A stretch of 64,000 nt of DNA, taken from an uncultured Myxococcaceae bacterium (GTDB lineage: Bacteria > Myxococcota_A > Polyangia > Polyangiales > Ga0077539). The stretch spans positions 21,614 to 85,613 of the forward strand of contig CAYUSB010000023.1 in the NCBI GenBank assembly GCA_964447205.1, read 5' to 3'. Made by a program: the position numbers and the translations under genes. Positions within the stretch are counted from its first letter, which is position 1. Each line of letters starts with the position of its first letter. Of the stretch, positions 59,873 to 64,000 are shown piece by piece. Under the pieces are notes generated by a model. The model did no database searches. It worked only from the letters and a program-made list of their open reading frames with translations, and was not told where the DNA came from.

Positions 59873-60883
59873 TCAGGCGGCGACGAGCGCGCGCCAGGAG
59901 GTGGTGAAATCGCGCCACCGCGCGACGGCGAGGCGCGCGCCGAGGGCGGGGTCGGTGCCGCGGCGAAGGAGCGCGTCGGCCCGCGCCGCCCAGGCCTCGC
60001 GCGACCAGGCGAGGCGGGTGATCAGCGGGCTCCCCCGGAGCGCGGCCGCGTCGCTGAGGAGAACCGGGATCCCGCGGGACTCGGCCTCCAGGGCGGCGAA
60101 GGGGCTGGCCTCGAGCCGCGACGGGAGCGCCAGCACGCCGATGGGGCTGCGGCCCCAGGGGTCTCCCTCTCCGAGCTCCCAGTCGGTCGCGTCGGAGCCC
60201 CAGCGCTCGCCGACGGGGATGCCGATCGCGACCGAGGCGCCGCCGAACGCGCGCGCGAGGTCTTCGAAGCGGTCGATGCCCTTCACCCTGGAGAAGCGCC
60301 CCACGAAGCCCAGGCGGGCGGGCGAGGCGTCGACGAGGGTGGACACGGCGGCCGGCGGCGGGACGGCGTTGGGGATCATCCGCACCGTGCGGGCGCCCTC
60401 GCTGAAGGCGCGGCGGGTGGTGCGGTCGGTCACGCCCACGACGCCGCGGCAGGCGAGCGCCACGCGGCGGCGGCGGCGACGCGCGCGCTCGGCCTCCAGC
60501 GGGCGCGAGGCGGCGGTGAGGGGCCGACCCGACTCGCACACGGCGGCGCCGTGGAGGATCTCCCGCACCAGGTCGCCGTGCTCGACGTACCAGGTGCGCC
60601 GGGCGAGGTCGGGGCGCACACGCAGCAGCGCCTCGGCGGCCTCGAGGCCGCTGGCGAGGTAGGTGGCGGCGTCGGGCACCGCCCGCAGGTCGTCGACGCG
60701 CTCGACCGATCGCGCGCTTGGGGGCGGGGCGAAGCGGTCGGCGCGGCAGGGCCCCGGGCCGAGGCTGACGACGCCGACGCGACAGGCGTCGAGCGCGAGG
60801 AGCAGGTGCTGCGTCCAGGTGGAGAGGCCGCCCGTGCGCTGCGGATAGGCGCCCTCGGTGACGAGGCAGACGTCGAGAGTCAT
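59873..60883 (-). CDS. Second, shorter PelF-like GT4 glycosyltransferase
   Basis: CLVTEGAYP..TGGLSTW, YVEHG, RMIPNAV, FVGRFSRVKG, LPSRLEASPFAALEA (E-x7-E); GGAG SD. Confidence 0.75.
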   Translation of the reverse strand: MTLDVCLVTEGAYPQRTGGLSTWTQHLLLALDACRVGVVSLGPGPCRADRFAPPPSARSVERVDDLRAVPDAATYLASGLEAAEALLRVRPDLARRTWYVEHGDLVREILHGAAVCESGRPLTAASRPLEAERARRRRRRVALACRGVVGVTDRTTRRAFSEGARTVRMIPNAVPPPAAVSTLVDASPARLGFVGRFSRVKGIDRFEDLARAFGGASVAIGIPVGERWGSDATDWELGEGDPWGRSPIGVLALPSRLEASPFAALEAESRGIPVLLSDAAALRGSPLITRLAWSREAWAARADALLRRGTDPALGARLAVARWRDFTTSWRALVAA

Positions 60884-61024
60884 GCGCGCTCCCGGGCGGC
60901 GCCTGGAGCGGCCTCCGCCAGATCGACCTGTGGGGGCAGCGCCGCCGCGGAGGATTGGAACCGTTGCACTTTGGACATCAACACCTTCCCAGGAACGCGT
61001 TACAGGCCAAGGTCGAACTTTGCG

Positions 61025-61039
61025 GCAAGATCGCCTCCA
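61025..61039 (-). promoter_or_regulatory. Possible sigma-54 promoter of the GT4-GT4-PelG operon
   Basis: Minus strand TGGAGGCGATCTTGC has GG-N10-GC with perfect TTGC, about 140 nt upstream of ATG 60883; it overlaps inverted repeats pairing with 61090-61104. Confidence 0.35.
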
Positions 61040-61133
61040 TGGCTAACACGCCGCGCGGCGGCGCAACAAAAACATTCCACGGCGCGGGTGCGATCTTGGA
61101 GGCGCCGGGCGGTGGTGGCATGGTTGCCTTCAC

Positions 61134-62561
61134 ATGTCGTTCCTTCGGGATCTTTTCAGCGACAGCAGGGAGCGCGCGCGGCCGCTCCACGACGCGCTGA
61201 TCGAGGCGCTCGGGAAGGTCGACGGGGGCGACGAGCCGGGCGCGCTCGACGTCCTCGCCGAGGCGGTGCGCGGGCGCTTTCAGCTCGCCTTGCTGGAGCT
61301 TTACATGCGCGACCGCGGCGTGCTGCGCCGCGTGGGCACGGCCACCGACGTGGGGGTCGACCGCAGGAGCATCCGCCCCGGGCCGCTCGACGGGGCCGTC
61401 CCCGCGGCGGCGTTGCAGAACGTGGGGGCGACCGGGTCGCTCAGCGGGTCGGGCTGGGTGGCGCTGCCGGGCGGGCGGGTGTGGTGGCTGGCGGCCGACG
61501 CGCAGGCGTTGTCGCGGAGCGTGGCCGAAGACGCCCCGGCGGCGCGGGCGATGGCGGGGGCTGTGATGCTCGCCGCGCGCGGGGCGATGACCCCGCAGAA
61601 CGACCGCTCGCAGTGGATCCACGACGACGTGCAGCGGCGCGTCGCGCGGGCGGCAGCGGACACCCGCGCCGCGGTGGAGCTGTTCCTGCGAATGGCGCTG
61701 ACGGGCTTTTCGGGCGAGGGCGGCGCGGTGGTCAGCATCGAGGAGGGCACGGGCGAGCGCGTGACGTGGGCCTCGGCCGGCGCGGTGGCGGCCGACGCGG
61801 CGGGCGTCGACGCGGTGCGGTCCTCCGGGCGCTGGGTCGCGGAGGTGGTCGATGCGGCGCGGTTCGCCCCAAGCGCGCGTTCTGTGTATGCCGTGGCGCA
61901 GCCGCATCGGGGGGGCGTGCTGTTGGTCGCGATCGCGGCGGGCGCGGCGGGAGCGACGGCGCCGGGCGAGGTCGCGTACAGTCGGCTCGAACAGGCGGTG
62001 GCGGTGATCCGGTCGTTGGTCGAGGGGCAGGAGGCGGCGCGGCGCGCGAGCGCGCACATTCAACAACTCGTCGACGGGCTCGTGACGATGGTGGAGACGA
62101 TCGCGGAGCCGTCGCGGGGGCACCACGCGCGGGTGTCGTCCGAGGCTGAGCGCATCGGGCGTCGGCTGGGCGTCGAGCCGGAGCGCTTCGCGGCGCTGAT
62201 GCGGGCGGTGCAGGTGCACGACATCGGGCGCATCGGGGTGGCGGCCGACCCGACAGGGAACGTGGTGGAGTTCCTGCACCCGACGGTGGGCGGCTCGCTG
62301 CTCGAGGCGCTGGGCGAGCCGCAGAACGTCTCGGACCTTGTGCGGGTGCACCACGAGCGCTGGGACGGACAGGGCTTTCCGCTCGGGGTGGCGCCCGCGG
62401 AGACCGACCTGGCCGCCTGGGCGCTGGTCGCCGCGCAGGACTACGCGGACCACGGGGAGGAGCCCGCGGACGAGGCTTCGAGGCGGCGGTGGGCGCGCGA
62501 TCACGGCCCGGGGCTGTTGCCGCCGGCGGTGCTCGAAAAGCTCTCGCAGGGTTGGGCGTAG
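61134..62561 (+). CDS. GAF-like plus degenerate HD-GYP domain protein
   Basis: C-terminal GHHARVS, VHDIGRIG, LHPTVG, HHERWDGQGFPLG; shortened HD-to-HP loop and no RPY motif. Confidence 0.78.
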   Translation: MSFLRDLFSDSRERARPLHDALIEALGKVDGGDEPGALDVLAEAVRGRFQLALLELYMRDRGVLRRVGTATDVGVDRRSIRPGPLDGAVPAAALQNVGATGSLSGSGWVALPGGRVWWLAADAQALSRSVAEDAPAARAMAGAVMLAARGAMTPQNDRSQWIHDDVQRRVARAAADTRAAVELFLRMALTGFSGEGGAVVSIEEGTGERVTWASAGAVAADAAGVDAVRSSGRWVAEVVDAARFAPSARSVYAVAQPHRGGVLLVAIAAGAAGATAPGEVAYSRLEQAVAVIRSLVEGQEAARRASAHIQQLVDGLVTMVETIAEPSRGHHARVSSEAERIGRRLGVEPERFAALMRAVQVHDIGRIGVAADPTGNVVEFLHPTVGGSLLEALGEPQNVSDLVRVHHERWDGQGFPLGVAPAETDLAAWALVAAQDYADHGEEPADEASRRRWARDHGPGLLPPAVLEKLSQGWA

Positions 62562-62568
62562 GGCCCCG

Positions 62569-64000
62569 GTGCGCCTCGCCCCCGCGCTGGCGGCGCTGGC
62601 GTGCGCCGGCCCCGCGTACGCCGACGAGTTGCAAGACCGCATCGCCGCGCTCGTCGCCGCCGACCGCGCGCGCGAGGCGCTCCCGTTGGCGCTCGCGCGG
62701 GCGCGAGCCACGGGCGCTGACATCGAGGCCTGGGAGCAGGTCGCGACGCTCGCGGGCTGGACCTCCTCGAGCGCCGAGGCGTTGGAGGCGTCGGCGGCGC
62801 TGGTCGCGCTGCGCCCGGAGGACCGCGCCCGGCGGCTCGAGCTCGCGCGGCTGCTGCTCTGGGCGCGGCGCGCGGCCGAGGCGTTGCCGCATGCGCGGTG
62901 GCTGGTCGCGTCGCCTGCTGAGCGCGACCCGCAGGTGCTGGAGGTCGCGGTGCGGGTCTTCGCCGACGGCGGGGCGCCCGCGGAGGCGGTGCGCGCGGCG
63001 GAGCGCTGGGTGGAGGTGAGCGGCGGCGCGACCGACGCGCGCTGGGCGCTGGCGGACCTCACCCACTGGTCGTGGCGCTGGCGCACGGCGCGCGCCCAAT
63101 ACGCGGCGTTGCGCGCGAGCCCGACCGAGCGGGCGCGGACCGAGGCGCGCGCGGAGCTGCTGCGGCACGACCACCCCACCCTGGCGGCGCTCGATGGCGT
63201 CGGGTGGCAGGACAACCAGGGGGTGGTGTACGTCTCGGCCGCGGGCGACGCGACCGTACAGCTCCCGGCGCCGGCGGTGCTGGTCGCGCGCGCCGAGGCG
63301 GGGCGCTGGGCGCAGCGCGAACGTTCGGTGGAGTTCGCGAACGTGCAGGCGGGCGTACGGCTCGAGCGCTGGGACGCGGTGCGCCCGGAGGCGACGGCGG
63401 GCGTGGAGCACGACACCGAAGGGCACGTCGCGCTCTTCGGCAACGTGGGGGTGCGCTTCTCGCTGGCGGGGCGGGTGTTCGGGCGGCTGTGGCTCCAGAG
63501 CGACCGGTACCGGGCGGCGACCGAGGCGATCCGGCAGGACGTGCGCGCGACGGGGCCCGCGTGGACCGTCTACGCGGAGCCGAGGCCGTGGATGACGGTC
63601 TCCTCGGAGGCCTCGCTTTGGTGGCTGAGCGACGGCAACCTCCGCGGGCGCGCGCTGCTGGCGGCGGGGGTTCACAACCTCGGGCGTTGGCAGGCCGAGC
63701 CGCGCGCGTGGGCGACGTACGAAGGCTTCCGCGCACTACGGGCCGGGGCGCTTCCGTACTTCACGCCGACGGATCCGTGGACCTGGGGCTGCGACCTCAC
63801 GCTACGGTACACGTCGGGCGCGCCCGTGCGCGTCGAGGTGAGCGCGGGCTTCGCGGTGCAGGGCGGCACGGTGCTCTTCCGCCCCTCGGCGACGGTGCGG
63901 CTGGAACTGGCTCGTCACCTGCGGATCCAGCTCACGGCGGCCCACGTGGGCTCGCCACAGTACCAGCAGACGCGGGTCGATGGCGGCCTGGCCTGGCTTT
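62569..64000 (+). CDS. TPR plus outer-membrane beta-barrel polysaccharide export protein (PelB/PgaA/BcsC-like), 3' end just outside window
   Basis: Not in the ORF track. My own translation of frame 1 from GTG 62569 is stop-free to 64000: signal peptide ..AYA, TPR helices (RLELARLLLWARR, RWALADLTHW), then amphipathic strands with LSDGN.R and YFTP, ending TRVDGGLAWL. Confidence 0.75.
   Translation, partial: MRLAPALAALACAGPAYADELQDRIAALVAADRAREALPLALARARATGADIEAWEQVATLAGWTSSSAEALEASAALVALRPEDRARRLELARLLLWARRAAEALPHARWLVASPAERDPQVLEVAVRVFADGGAPAEAVRAAERWVEVSGGATDARWALADLTHWSWRWRTARAQYAALRASPTERARTEARAELLRHDHPTLAALDGVGWQDNQGVVYVSAAGDATVQLPAPAVLVARAEAGRWAQRERSVEFANVQAGVRLERWDAVRPEATAGVEHDTEGHVALFGNVGVRFSLAGRVFGRLWLQSDRYRAATEAIRQDVRATGPAWTVYAEPRPWMTVSSEASLWWLSDGNLRGRALLAAGVHNLGRWQAEPRAWATYEGFRALRAGALPYFTPTDPWTWGCDLTLRYTSGAPVRVEVSAGFAVQGGTVLFRPSATVRLELARHLRIQLTAAHVGSPQYQQTRVDGGLAWL

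Noticed and set aside
61113-61127. Plus-strand sigma-54 box TGGTGGCATGGTTGC for the HD-GYP gene
   Set aside because: Spacing fits, but the predicted TSS (~61139) would fall downstream of ATG 61134.

Overview
Very GC-rich bacterial DNA, most consistent with a Myxococcota (Polyangia-like) genome: many lipoproteins with DAG/PDG-repeat linkers, TSP3 repeats, a Ser/Thr kinase, an orphan sigma-54 response regulator and a three-gene sdhCAB. The window has three parts. (i) 1-10.7 kb is accessory DNA: phnE end, a MITE-like inverted-repeat element, Uma2 nuclease, J-protein plus CbpM-like pair, secreted carbohydrate-related proteins and a MoxR-VWA pair. (ii) 10.7-50.2 kb is mostly core genes: porin, NtrC-type regulator, spermidine-synthase fusion, acyl-CoA dehydrogenase, kinase, glnE, ilvE, alaS, AI-2E/crotonase/sulfatase operon, sdhCAB, FMO plus Rieske pair, a large amidohydrolase lipoprotein and an S1P-lyase-like enzyme. 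It also holds a second long inverted-repeat element. (iii) 50.2-64 kb is a decayed border followed by the most notable system, a Pel/galactosaminogalactan-like exopolysaccharide locus. It combines two PelF-type GT4s, a PelG-like exporter with an extra N-terminal domain, Sph3-like (GH135) and Agd3-like (CE18) enzymes, a degenerate HD-GYP protein and a TPR/beta-barrel secretin-like gene that runs off the window. An apparently inactivated transposase-derived gene is embedded in the locus. Many genes in the window look leaderless (TAnnnT, 6-8 nt, then the start codon). All family assignments come from motif recognition by eye; no searches were run.
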